A DNA stretch of 64,000 nt from NCBI GenBank assembly GCA_042218065.1, contig JBDGRL010000002.1, positions 15,539 to 79,538 on the forward strand, in the 5' to 3' direction. Below the pieces are notes generated by a model, which saw only the letters and a list, made by a program, of their open reading frames with translations, was not told where the DNA came from and did not search any database. A program made the translations under genes and the position numbers. The stretch comes from Candidatus Magasanikiibacteriota bacterium (GTDB taxonomy: Bacteria; Patescibacteriota; Patescibacteriia; Magasanikbacterales; UBA922). Shown piece by piece: positions 18,377 to 27,019 of the stretch (positions within the stretch are counted from its first letter, which is position 1; each line of letters starts with the position of its first letter).

Positions 18377-19645
18377 ATGAATAGTGTTCAATTTATTAAA
18401 AGGGATCTACTTGAAGAACTGAAAGACCACTTATCTGAAAAAGAAATGTCTCTGATAGTCGGCCCCAGACAAGCAGGTAAGACTACCATAATGAGGAAAG
18501 TGCAGTCCCACCTGGAGAAAAACGGACAAAACACTCTGTTTTATGATTTGGATAAGCAGCCAGAGCTGTTTGAAACACAAGAAGAGTTTTTACAGAATCT
18601 CAAACTTGATGCGAACAAACAGAGAACATTCGTATTTTTAGATGAAATTCAACGCAAAAAAAACGCCGGTTTGTTTTTAAAAGGTATATATGACCGTGAT
18701 TTAGACTATAAGTTTATAGTTTCCGGCTCCGGCAGCTTGGAGCTTAAATCCGATGTGCATGAATCCATGGCGGGAAGAAAATTGGTGTTTGAATTGAGTA
18801 CAATATCCTTTCCGGAGTTTGTGAATTTTAAGACTGATTATCAATATGAAAGTCAGCTAGATCAATTTTTTCGCCTCAGAAAGGAAAAAGCTAGACTATT
18901 TTTGAAAGAGTATCTTAATTTTGGCGGTTATCCCCGTGTTGTTCAGAAACAAACAAGAGAACAAAAAAGAAGAATGATTGGTGAAATAGTGGATAGTTAT
19001 TTAAGAAAAGATATAACTGATTTGCTTGGTGTCAGAAAGACCGATAAATTCTCTAAACTGATAAAAATAGTTAGTGACCAAGTAGGTCAACCAATGAATT
19101 ACTCTAAATTAGCCCGTGATCTGCAAATAGACCAAAAAACGATTAAAAATTATATTTATTATGCTGAGGAGACTTTTGTAGTGGATAGAGTAAGACCTTT
19201 TTTTAGAAATAGAAAAAAAGAATTAACTAAAGCACCTGTTCCTTATTTTTTTGATATAGGTTTTAGAAATTATGAGCTAGGACAGTTTGGCAATTTAAGA
19301 ACAAGCAGCGAGTTTGGTATAGCTTTTGAAAACTTGGTGTACAATCAGCTTAAATCTAAGACCAGATTTTCTGCTTATGAAGTAAAATATTGGAGGACCA
19401 AGAACCAAACTGAGGTAGATTTTATTGTGACTTCAAGTCAAAGAAGAGCAGTTCCGATTGAGGTGAAATATAAAAACTTGAAAGAAACCAAAATACCCCG
19501 TTCTTTCAGGAGTTTTCTAAAAAAATATGAACCTGAAAAAGCTTATATCGTCAATCTAAGTCTTAATGAAACCAAGGAAATTGAGGATGTTGAAGTTGAG
19601 TTTATTTCTATCTTTAATTTTTTAGGCAAGTTGATAGTTAGCTAG
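18377..19645 (+). CDS. AAA_14 + DUF4143 ATP-binding protein
   Basis: GPRQAGKT, LDEIQ, SGSGS, GGYP, YFFDIG, FEN, YWRT..EVDF..PIEVK. Confidence 0.92.
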   Translation: MNSVQFIKRDLLEELKDHLSEKEMSLIVGPRQAGKTTIMRKVQSHLEKNGQNTLFYDLDKQPELFETQEEFLQNLKLDANKQRTFVFLDEIQRKKNAGLFLKGIYDRDLDYKFIVSGSGSLELKSDVHESMAGRKLVFELSTISFPEFVNFKTDYQYESQLDQFFRLRKEKARLFLKEYLNFGGYPRVVQKQTREQKRRMIGEIVDSYLRKDITDLLGVRKTDKFSKLIKIVSDQVGQPMNYSKLARDLQIDQKTIKNYIYYAEETFVVDRVRPFFRNRKKELTKAPVPYFFDIGFRNYELGQFGNLRTSSEFGIAFENLVYNQLKSKTRFSAYEVKYWRTKNQTEVDFIVTSSQRRAVPIEVKYKNLKETKIPRSFRSFLKKYEPEKAYIVNLSLNETKEIEDVEVEFISIFNFLGKLIVS

Positions 19646-19696
19646 AAGAGGGTGTTTAATACTTAGTACAGTTTTGAGAGCATGCTTTAACTTATC

Positions 19697-19756
19697 CGCG
19701 GCAGTCAAGTGATAAAGCAGGGGGCTCCAAATTTTCGATTAATGTCGGTCGTACCT
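19697..19756 (+). pseudogene. Degenerate tRNA-Cys copy
   Basis: CGCGGCAGTCAAGTGATAAAGCAGGGGGCTCCAAAT...CGGTCGTACCT aligns to 17352-17420; T-arm lost. Confidence 0.65.
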
Positions 19757-19810
19757 AAAGATTAAATCGCACAGAAAACTATGCGGTTTTTGTAGTAAAT
19801 TAAATATAGA

Positions 19811-20221
19811 TTAATTTTCTTTTTGTTCTGCTAATTCTCTAATAAGTTCAGCTTGCTCTTCGCTAAGAAGGTCTTCACTAGCAGTGCCTACTCCACCTGA
19901 CCCTTCCTTATCAAGTCCAAAAGCTTGATTTACTTTATCACCTCTTACAACTATGCTTATATGCTCTTCTCCATTTGTTAATTCTTCTGTTCTAATATCG
20001 AAATTATGGTCTCCAGCATCTGATACTTCTATTCCTTCTCTGTCTGAAACGTCACTACTTTCAAAAATAGCCTCAGCAATACCAGCTTCTTTTATTTTTT
20101 GGTCAATCTCTGGGGCAGACGACTCACCTTCTTGTCCAGATTCTTTATTACACTTTGGACAAGTTTTCCCTTTAGGGGTGCCGTGACTACATGTGGGAGT
20201 GTACCCTTCACCTATAGCCAT
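19811..20221 (-). CDS. Acidic hypothetical protein with N-terminal CxH..CxxC knuckle
   Basis: ORF with CSHG...CPKC; E/D-rich. Confidence 0.6.
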   Translation of the reverse strand: MAIGEGYTPTCSHGTPKGKTCPKCNKESGQEGESSAPEIDQKIKEAGIAEAIFESSDVSDREGIEVSDAGDHNFDIRTEELTNGEEHISIVVRGDKVNQAFGLDKEGSGGVGTASEDLLSEEQAELIRELAEQKEN

Positions 20222-20372
20222 AAAATTTTATTAAGAATAAACAACAACTTAATTATATATATATCGATAACTGGTCAAATTAGCTTAGTTGCAAAAAAGC
20301 AAGTTTTAAATTAAAAAGTTTATTCAAAATCCGATTAATGCTATAATCCAACTAAATTTAAAATTGTTATAA

Positions 20373-23069
20373 ATGGACAAAAAAAACTACAAAAACAGAC
20401 TCGTACTCATAGACGGCCATGCCATAGTCCACCGTGCCTATTATGCTCTGCCTCCTATGACTACCAAAGACGGCACTATGGTCAACGCGGTCTATGGTTT
20501 TACCACTATGCTGCTTAAAGTTCTGGAAGATTTGGAGCCGACACACATGGCGCTGGGAGTGGATGTAAAAGGAAAAACTTTTCGTGATGAGATGTATGAA
20601 CAGTATAAGGAACATAGAGAGGAAAAAGACCAGGAGCTGTACGATCAGATACCTATGACTCACAAGATTGCTGAAGCTTTTGATATCCCGGTATATAAAA
20701 AGCAAGGTTTTGAGGCTGATGATATTTTGGGAACTGTAGCCAAACACATCGATGAGCTGGACGGAGAAGATACGGAGGTGATAATAGTTACAGGTGATAA
20801 AGATATGCTACAGTTAGTTGATGAGCGCACCCGTATTGCTTTGATAAAAAAAGGCATAACTAACTTAAAAGTATATGATAGAGATGAGGTAGTTGCGGAA
20901 TATGGGTTTGCTCCTGAAAAGATGATTGATTATAAGGCTCTGAAAGGCGATTCATCAGACAACATACCCGGCATCAGCGGTATCGGAGATAAGCGAGCCA
21001 AGGATTTGATCGATACTATTGGAGGAGTAGATGAGGTGTTGGATCAGATTGATAAGCAAGATAGTAAGCTTTATAAGGAGTTTACTGAAAATATAATCTC
21101 TAAGATAAAAGACGGAACAGAAGATGCACAGATAAGCAAAAAGTTAGCCACAATACGCACTGACGTAGAAGAAACTAATTTTGACTTAGATAAGTGTAAG
21201 CTGGATGAGTTTGACCAACAAAAGATCAGAGATACATTTAAAAAGTTTGAGTTCTTTTCTCTACTAAAGCGTATTCCCGGCGCTGAAAACTTTGATACAT
21301 CCAAAAAGAAGGATGATTTTCTGAAAAACTTGAAAGATATTACAAGAATTACTACTTCAAGTGATTTAAAGCAATTGAAAAAAAAGATAGATAAAAACGG
21401 AAGTTTTGCTTGTAAAGAAGTGTTAAACTCGGAGTCAGTTATAAACTCCAGGGTTGAAGGTTTTGTATGTTTAGTAGATAATCAGCCCTTTTATATAGAT
21501 ATTAATGAGATAAACAGTAAAGAAAAGGTTTTGGATTTATTTGGCAAGGATATAGAGGTAGTAGGACACGATTTGAAGAGATTAGCCAAAACTGTACTAG
21601 ACCAAGGCAAGCCCTTTAGTTCAAAGCTGTTTGATATCAAGGTCGCATCTTATTTGATAAACTCCTCAGCCGACAGCCACAGCTTGGAGGAGATTATCCT
21701 CCGAGAGCTGGAGATAGAAGCTGAAGAGGAAGACAACCAGGATACTCTATTCGGAGAAGACCCGAAGCTGATAGCAGAGAACCTATACTTTTCTCTTAAA
21801 ATAAAAGAAGAATTCAGCGAAAAGCTGGATGAGGTGGATACTGAAAATTTATTCGAGGAGGTGGAGATGAAGTTGATACCTATCTTAGCGAAGATGGAAC
21901 TAAACGGAATTGCTATAGACCGAGACAAGTTTGACGATCTGTCCCAGCAAGTAAAAGAAAAAATAAAACAACTCGAAGAAAAGATTCATGAGCATGCGGG
22001 AGAAAAATTCAATGTAAACTCTACCAAGCAGTTGCGTGAGGTTTTATATGACAAACTTGAGCTTCCGACTGAAAATATAAAAGAAGGCAAGACAGGCTAT
22101 TCCACGGCAGCAAGTGAGCTGGAGAAACTTCGGGGAGAGCATCCGATTGTTGAGCTGATAGAAGAACATCGTGAGCTAGAGAAACTTCGCAATACATATA
22201 TAGATGTACTTCCTACATTAGTAAATGAGAAGACAGGTCGGATTCATACCAGCTTTAACCAAACCGTCACCGCCACCGGCAGACTTTCCAGCTCGGATCC
22301 GAATCTGCAAAATATACCGATACGCTCCGATTTGGGCAAAGAAATACGAAAGGCTTTTGTAGCAGAGAAAGGAGGCAAGCTTTTAGCTGCAGATTATTCT
22401 CAGATTGAGCTGAGGATAGTGGCACATCTGTCGGGAGATGAGAAGTTGATAGATATTTTCTCTAAGAATCAGGATGTACATACCGCTACAGCCGCTGAGA
22501 TTCATGAAGTTGAGCCCGACGAAGTTACGGCTGATATGCGCTCAAAGGCTAAAGAGGTTAATTATGGAGTATTATACGGCATGGGGCCACACGGTATGGC
22601 ACAACGGACGGATATAGACCGAGCGGAAGCCAAAAAGTTTATAGAGCGCTACTTTGAGAAGTTCAGCGGCGTGGAGAGATTTGTAGATAAATCTATCGAA
22701 TATGCTAAGGAGAAGGGTTATGCTGAGACCATGTTTGGACGTAGACGTTATCTACCAGAGCTTGAGTCTGATAACTACCACCTTAGACGTTCAGGCGAGA
22801 GGATGGCGATAAATATGCCGGTGCAGGGCACTCAAGCCGACCTAATCAAGATGGCGATGATTGAGATTGATCAACATATTGAGGATAAATTTAAAGGTGA
22901 TCTTAAAATGTTGCTTCAGGTACACGATGAGCTTGTTTTTGAAATAAATAAAGACGAGATAGACTTGGCCAAAAACATGATAGTAGAACAGATGGAAGAT
23001 ATAATTGATCTGGTTGTTCCGGTGGAGGTTGATGTGGCTGTAGGTGATAGGTGGGGTGAGTTGAAGTAA
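20373..23069 (+). CDS. polA: DNA polymerase I
   Basis: LIDGH..HRAYYA, EADD, GDSSDNIPG, TGRLSS, DYSQIELR, LLQVHDELV; 3'-5' exonuclease domain looks degenerate. Confidence 0.98.
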   Translation: MDKKNYKNRLVLIDGHAIVHRAYYALPPMTTKDGTMVNAVYGFTTMLLKVLEDLEPTHMALGVDVKGKTFRDEMYEQYKEHREEKDQELYDQIPMTHKIAEAFDIPVYKKQGFEADDILGTVAKHIDELDGEDTEVIIVTGDKDMLQLVDERTRIALIKKGITNLKVYDRDEVVAEYGFAPEKMIDYKALKGDSSDNIPGISGIGDKRAKDLIDTIGGVDEVLDQIDKQDSKLYKEFTENIISKIKDGTEDAQISKKLATIRTDVEETNFDLDKCKLDEFDQQKIRDTFKKFEFFSLLKRIPGAENFDTSKKKDDFLKNLKDITRITTSSDLKQLKKKIDKNGSFACKEVLNSESVINSRVEGFVCLVDNQPFYIDINEINSKEKVLDLFGKDIEVVGHDLKRLAKTVLDQGKPFSSKLFDIKVASYLINSSADSHSLEEIILRELEIEAEEEDNQDTLFGEDPKLIAENLYFSLKIKEEFSEKLDEVDTENLFEEVEMKLIPILAKMELNGIAIDRDKFDDLSQQVKEKIKQLEEKIHEHAGEKFNVNSTKQLREVLYDKLELPTENIKEGKTGYSTAASELEKLRGEHPIVELIEEHRELEKLRNTYIDVLPTLVNEKTGRIHTSFNQTVTATGRLSSSDPNLQNIPIRSDLGKEIRKAFVAEKGGKLLAADYSQIELRIVAHLSGDEKLIDIFSKNQDVHTATAAEIHEVEPDEVTADMRSKAKEVNYGVLYGMGPHGMAQRTDIDRAEAKKFIERYFEKFSGVERFVDKSIEYAKEKGYAETMFGRRRYLPELESDNYHLRRSGERMAINMPVQGTQADLIKMAMIEIDQHIEDKFKGDLKMLLQVHDELVFEINKDEIDLAKNMIVEQMEDIIDLVVPVEVDVAVGDRWGELK

Positions 23070-23111
23070 AATTAGCAACGCTGCTGTAAATAAATAGGAA
23101 ACACCAAAACA

Positions 23112-23135
23112 AAAACCGCCCTCTCGGGCGGTTTT
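23112..23135. terminator. Bidirectional terminator
   Basis: AAAACCGCCC-TCTC-GGGCGGTTTT between convergent genes. Confidence 0.85.
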
Positions 23136-23158
23136 CAGGCTTCGTATTTAGAAAGATT

Positions 23159-23587
23159 TTATTCTTCTTTCATTTTGCAAATTCCACACCAGCTAAAACA
23201 TTCTTTTTTAATTAGCTGCCAGCTTCCTCCACCTAGTGCAGCTAGAGCTATATTAGCTCCTAGCAGTGCAATATCTAGACGTGCCGCTTTAAAACCGGAC
23301 TTTGCCTTCACTGTCAGGATAGCTACTAGCATAATTATAGCTAGTAGTTTTGCAAAGCATCTTAGGTAAACACCTAGAATTAAGGCAATACCACCCAAAA
23401 ACTCTACAATAGCTACTAGGTAAGCCCAGAAAGTTGGTCCGGGTAGGCCGATGCTGCCCATCATACCTACGATAGGGTCGATACCTGTTAATTTAGCCCA
23501 TCCTGTGGCTATAAAAATAGCACCTACTGCAAGCCGCAGCGCCAAAAAGCCTATATTTCTCAGCTTTTCTTCTTTGATTTTACCCAT
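23159..23587 (-). CDS. DoxX family membrane protein
   Basis: LRLAVGAIFIATGWAKL, EFLGGIALILG. Confidence 0.88.
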   Translation of the reverse strand: MGKIKEEKLRNIGFLALRLAVGAIFIATGWAKLTGIDPIVGMMGSIGLPGPTFWAYLVAIVEFLGGIALILGVYLRCFAKLLAIIMLVAILTVKAKSGFKAARLDIALLGANIALAALGGGSWQLIKKECFSWCGICKMKEE

Positions 23588-23630
23588 AAGTATATGGGTT
23601 AAGAATTAACTAGTTTAATTATAGCAAAAT

Positions 23631-24878
23631 TTAATCGTTTTTAAAAACTTTTGGTGAAATATTAGTCAAGTTTCTAAAGCCAAAAGTTCTCAGAGTCCAA
23701 TCTATCACTATTCTTATTTTTCTCACTACTCCCGGCATAAATAGTACATAAGCAGTTCTTCGCAGCCACCAGGCAAGCTTTCCAAACAATTTTAAATCAT
23801 TTAGCCAGGGAAAAACGGCTACTCCGTACCACTCCCCTACCGGCATAAGTCTTCCCTTGGATTTAAATGTAAATTGTTCTATATCGTTGTCTGTAATCTC
23901 GGATGTGATCTGCCTTGCGATGTATTCTCCTTCTTTGTGAGACGCTTCTCCCAGCTGAGGATAAACTTCTTTAGTTTTCGGGTCTTTTATCAGGGCTATA
24001 TCCCCGATCGGATACAGCGACTTGAATTCCAGGTGTTGTAGGTGCTCATTTGTTGGAACCCTGTCTTCTTTTAGGTATTTTTTCGGTAAGTATTTGCTGG
24101 CTTGAGTAGTAAAGCCTGTAGACCAGATAGTAATATCATTCGGCACCTGTTCGTTATTTGATAACTTTACCTGATTGTCGGTTACTTTATTTGCAGAAAC
24201 TTTAGTGTGTATTTCAACCCCTAGATCATTTAACCTTGCTTTAACTTTATTTTGCACTTTTTCACTCATATTACACATAATAGTATCCTGCACTTCAAAT
24301 ATTTGCACCTTCATATTAGTTTCTGGGTACAGTTTTTTGAAGTCATCCTGTTTTAGCTGCGCGATTTCTGCAGCTATCTCCACACCGATATATCCACCTC
24401 CGACAATATTAATATGTAGTTTATCTTGTTGCTGTTCTAGCTTGTTAATGAGTATGCTTTTTAGCTCAAGTGCCTCTTCTAGAGATCTTACATGATGAGT
24501 ATTTTCCTTGGCGCCCTCTACTCCGCAAAAATTAGTAACACTACCTAAAGCCAAAACACAGCGATCATACCTAATAGTACCTATATTTGTCTCTACTTCC
24601 TTTTCTTTAGGGAAGATAGTGCTTACTCTGGCTTGTCTGAACTTATGTCTCGACTTGTAAGTAAGCTCTCTAAGCTGAAGAGTAGCATGGGGCGGGTCAA
24701 CTGCTCCGGTAGCGACCTCATGCAACAATGGAACAAAGGTAAAGTAGTTGTTTTTATCAATCAGAGTTATCTCTTTATTTATGTTTTGCTTTTTAAATTT
24801 CTTCTTGAGACTGCGAAAAGCTTCAAGACCGGCAATACCTCCTCCTAGAATAGCCACGTCTGTTTGAATATCGCTCAT
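23631..24878 (-). CDS. ndh: Type II NADH:quinone oxidoreductase-like flavoprotein
   Basis: GGGIAG, PLLHEVATG, VGGGYIGVEIAAE, IGD, amphipathic C-terminus LAWWLRRTAY. Confidence 0.85.
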   Translation of the reverse strand: MSDIQTDVAILGGGIAGLEAFRSLKKKFKKQNINKEITLIDKNNYFTFVPLLHEVATGAVDPPHATLQLRELTYKSRHKFRQARVSTIFPKEKEVETNIGTIRYDRCVLALGSVTNFCGVEGAKENTHHVRSLEEALELKSILINKLEQQQDKLHINIVGGGYIGVEIAAEIAQLKQDDFKKLYPETNMKVQIFEVQDTIMCNMSEKVQNKVKARLNDLGVEIHTKVSANKVTDNQVKLSNNEQVPNDITIWSTGFTTQASKYLPKKYLKEDRVPTNEHLQHLEFKSLYPIGDIALIKDPKTKEVYPQLGEASHKEGEYIARQITSEITDNDIEQFTFKSKGRLMPVGEWYGVAVFPWLNDLKLFGKLAWWLRRTAYVLFMPGVVRKIRIVIDWTLRTFGFRNLTNISPKVFKND

Positions 24879-24964
24879 ATTATCAAATGTAAATTAGACT
24901 AGGATAACTATAGCATTTTTAGGGTTTTTTTAAAATGAACGTACACCTATTATTCAGATCTTGT

Positions 24965-25186
24965 TTAGGGCTTCTGTAGTTTGGCAATAAAGGAGGTAAG
25001 CTTTCCGTCTTGTGTTAACTGCAAAGATTTTTCCATATTAAAGTTTTGTTTTATTTTAGGTTTGAATTTCTCTGGCAGTTTTTCTTGAATTTCTGTTTTA
25101 TTTCTTTTGATTTTATTTAATACTTTTTTGTAAGTTTTAGATAAATGTGTGTTTAGATCTTCAAAATTTTCTAATCTGTTTAACAC
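24965..25186 (-). CDS. Short hypothetical ORF or fragment
   Basis: ORF track only; no motif recognised. Confidence 0.3.
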   Translation of the reverse strand: MLNRLENFEDLNTHLSKTYKKVLNKIKRNKTEIQEKLPEKFKPKIKQNFNMEKSLQLTQDGKLTSFIAKLQKP

Positions 25187-25316
25187 TATCGATGAAGATG
25201 TTGGGTTTTTTAATTAAATTGACGTCATTCTCAGACAGCCATTTGTTTATCTTCCTTTCTATGTCTTCTCAGACGGAAGGGTAGTCCAGACACCCTTTGA
25301 ACATTTTGACTTTCAT
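25161..25316 (-). pseudogene. Small ORF interrupted by TGA, Cse60/DUF2758-like
   Basis: AGGAGG SD then MKVKMFKGCLDYPSV*EDIERKINKWLSENDV... Confidence 0.35.
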
Positions 25317-25468
25317 TTTTTCCTCCTGTTTTACTACACCTTACCACATAACACCCGAACGGTTTAACAGACGGCATTACGTCTGAAATTATGTGGGTTT
25401 GTTAGAGAACGATAATTATTACAAATATTTTTTGTAACAAGTATCGTTTTCTAACTTGAAAATCGGAG

Positions 25469-25545
25469 TGCGGCGTCAAGTGAGTGCAGTACTTGACGCC
25501 GCATGTACTTTGGTCTCTACTTGAAGCACAGCTTCAAGTAGAGAC
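25469..25545. repeat. Two adjacent perfect inverted repeats
   Basis: TGCGGCGTCAAGT/ACTTGACGCCGCA (25469-25503) and GTCTCTACTTGAAGC/GCTTCAAGTAGAGAC (25513-25545). Confidence 0.85.
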
Positions 25546-25577
25546 ACCGGACTTACGTGTCCAGCGGTTTTTGAGAG

Positions 25578-26747
25578 TTAACTCTCTTGTTTTGGCGCGG
25601 ATTCGACAGCATCTTCGGCTCTGTTCTGCCAATCACCGGCATGAACCACGCGCTCAACGGCAAGTTCTTTCGCTTTCGTGGCTGTAAACTCACCATTGGC
25701 GAAGTCACGCGCCAACTCTTCCTTGTCGAACACGAACATGGCGTGTCCGTAGTTCGGAGAGTCGACCACGTAGACAGGTTCGCCGTCTTTTTTGCCGATG
25801 AAGAGCAGACGTTCGCCGAGACTGACCTCGACGTCGTGACATTTATCGAAGATGTCACCGTCGAAACATTCGCCCTTGACCTTCTCGATCCGTTCTTTGT
25901 TTCGATTTCGTTTCCTTTGCTTTTTTACTTGCTCTCGGACAAGTTCGTTGGAGTTGATCTCATCGAGAAACTTGCCCTCAATCGCTTCCAGAAACAGCCC
26001 CCAGTTTTCCTCTTTGATTGGTTGGGCGAAACGGATGTCCTGATGCTTTTTCTGCCACTCGTGTCCATGAGGGCGTTCAGGCGGGATTTCTATCTCACGG
26101 TTCGTCATTTTTGAACCAAACCAACGAAAGGGTTGCTCGAATTTTCTAGCGAGCACATCCCCCTCCGAAAGATTGCGAGCCTGCTCGAAAGTAATGGTTT
26201 CGTCCAGGATCGTAGTGGCACTACAATAAGGCTCCAAAATCTCCGTTCTTAAAAGCAGGTCTCCAATAATCTCTTTATCCAGATCAGCCAACTCCATGAT
26301 TTTATCAAGTCTTCCATATCTATAGAATCCATCTAAGAGGGATGAGCTTTCGTCTTTCTCTTTCCAACTATTTACCGACCCATCCCAGCACATAACAGGT
26401 ACTTTTTTGGATCTAAAAGTAAAATGGCTTCCATCTTCAGTTTGGATGTAAACTACCTCTACTGTCGTAGGAAATGAAATATTAGGGTCTCTAGGCATGA
26501 ATCCCCGTGGATTACACTCATCACTTGGACGATCATAAAACACTGTTCTCGGCTGATCCGAATCGGAAAAGTATACTTGTTTAAGGTATTGCTGCAACTT
26601 TCGATGGGTCTCCTCCTTTACATCTACTTCTGGTACAGGCATCATCGAAGGATCGATCCCCTTTTTTGTAAAAATTTTCTCAGTATAGATTCTTTTTGAT
26701 TTAACTGTAAGAGTTTCCAAAAATCTCTTTTTGTTGTCGTTGCTCAT
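25578..26747 (-). CDS. Hypothetical protein, 389 aa
   Basis: Long ORF with SD (GAGAGGAAG); C-terminal VDSPNYGHAMFVF...RVVHAGDW; function not recognised. Confidence 0.75.
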   Translation of the reverse strand: MSNDNKKRFLETLTVKSKRIYTEKIFTKKGIDPSMMPVPEVDVKEETHRKLQQYLKQVYFSDSDQPRTVFYDRPSDECNPRGFMPRDPNISFPTTVEVVYIQTEDGSHFTFRSKKVPVMCWDGSVNSWKEKDESSSLLDGFYRYGRLDKIMELADLDKEIIGDLLLRTEILEPYCSATTILDETITFEQARNLSEGDVLARKFEQPFRWFGSKMTNREIEIPPERPHGHEWQKKHQDIRFAQPIKEENWGLFLEAIEGKFLDEINSNELVREQVKKQRKRNRNKERIEKVKGECFDGDIFDKCHDVEVSLGERLLFIGKKDGEPVYVVDSPNYGHAMFVFDKEELARDFANGEFTATKAKELAVERVVHAGDWQNRAEDAVESAPKQES

Positions 26748-26780
26748 CTTCCTCTCCTCGTTTGAGAAGAATTCAAAACC

Positions 26781-26866
26781 GCGGGTTCAGCTGTCTGAAC
26801 CGCTTCCAGAGCGGAATAGCATACTTGAGAAAAGTACACTACTCCGCTCTGGATTTTTAAAGAACA
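26781..26866 (-). ncRNA. Structured 5' leader of the 389-aa gene
   Basis: 22-bp stem 26805-26853, fully paired only on the minus strand (3 G-U); second hairpin 26781-26803; boxA-like start. Confidence 0.5.
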
Positions 26867-27019
26867 ATATCATCAATATTGACATCGATGACATTACATT
26901 TAAACATAATTATTAAAGTTTGTCAAGCCTGTCATTGATTTTTTGATGACAATTTGTAATAATATATTTGACTTAAAGTAGGTGTTGGAAGGCTAATTTA
27001 TCATAATTTAATTGACAAA

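Larger units (their letters stand above)
17421..19770. mobile_element. Decayed tRNA-Cys-anchored islet carrying TA remnants and an AAA ATPase
   Basis: Bounded by imperfect direct repeats CGGTCGTGCCTCAAGATTAAACCGC (17410-17434) and CGGTCGTACCTAAAGATTAAATCGC (19746-19770); no integrase present. Confidence 0.65.

Noticed and set aside
25269-25271. TGA-to-Gly recoding (code 25)
   Set aside because: Long genes are intact under code 11, and TGA ends genes normally (e.g. 17973, 41433)
25484-26114. Overlapping ORFs of 63-175 aa within the 389-aa gene
   Set aside because: Explained by locally high GC and antisense codon bias; no independent signals
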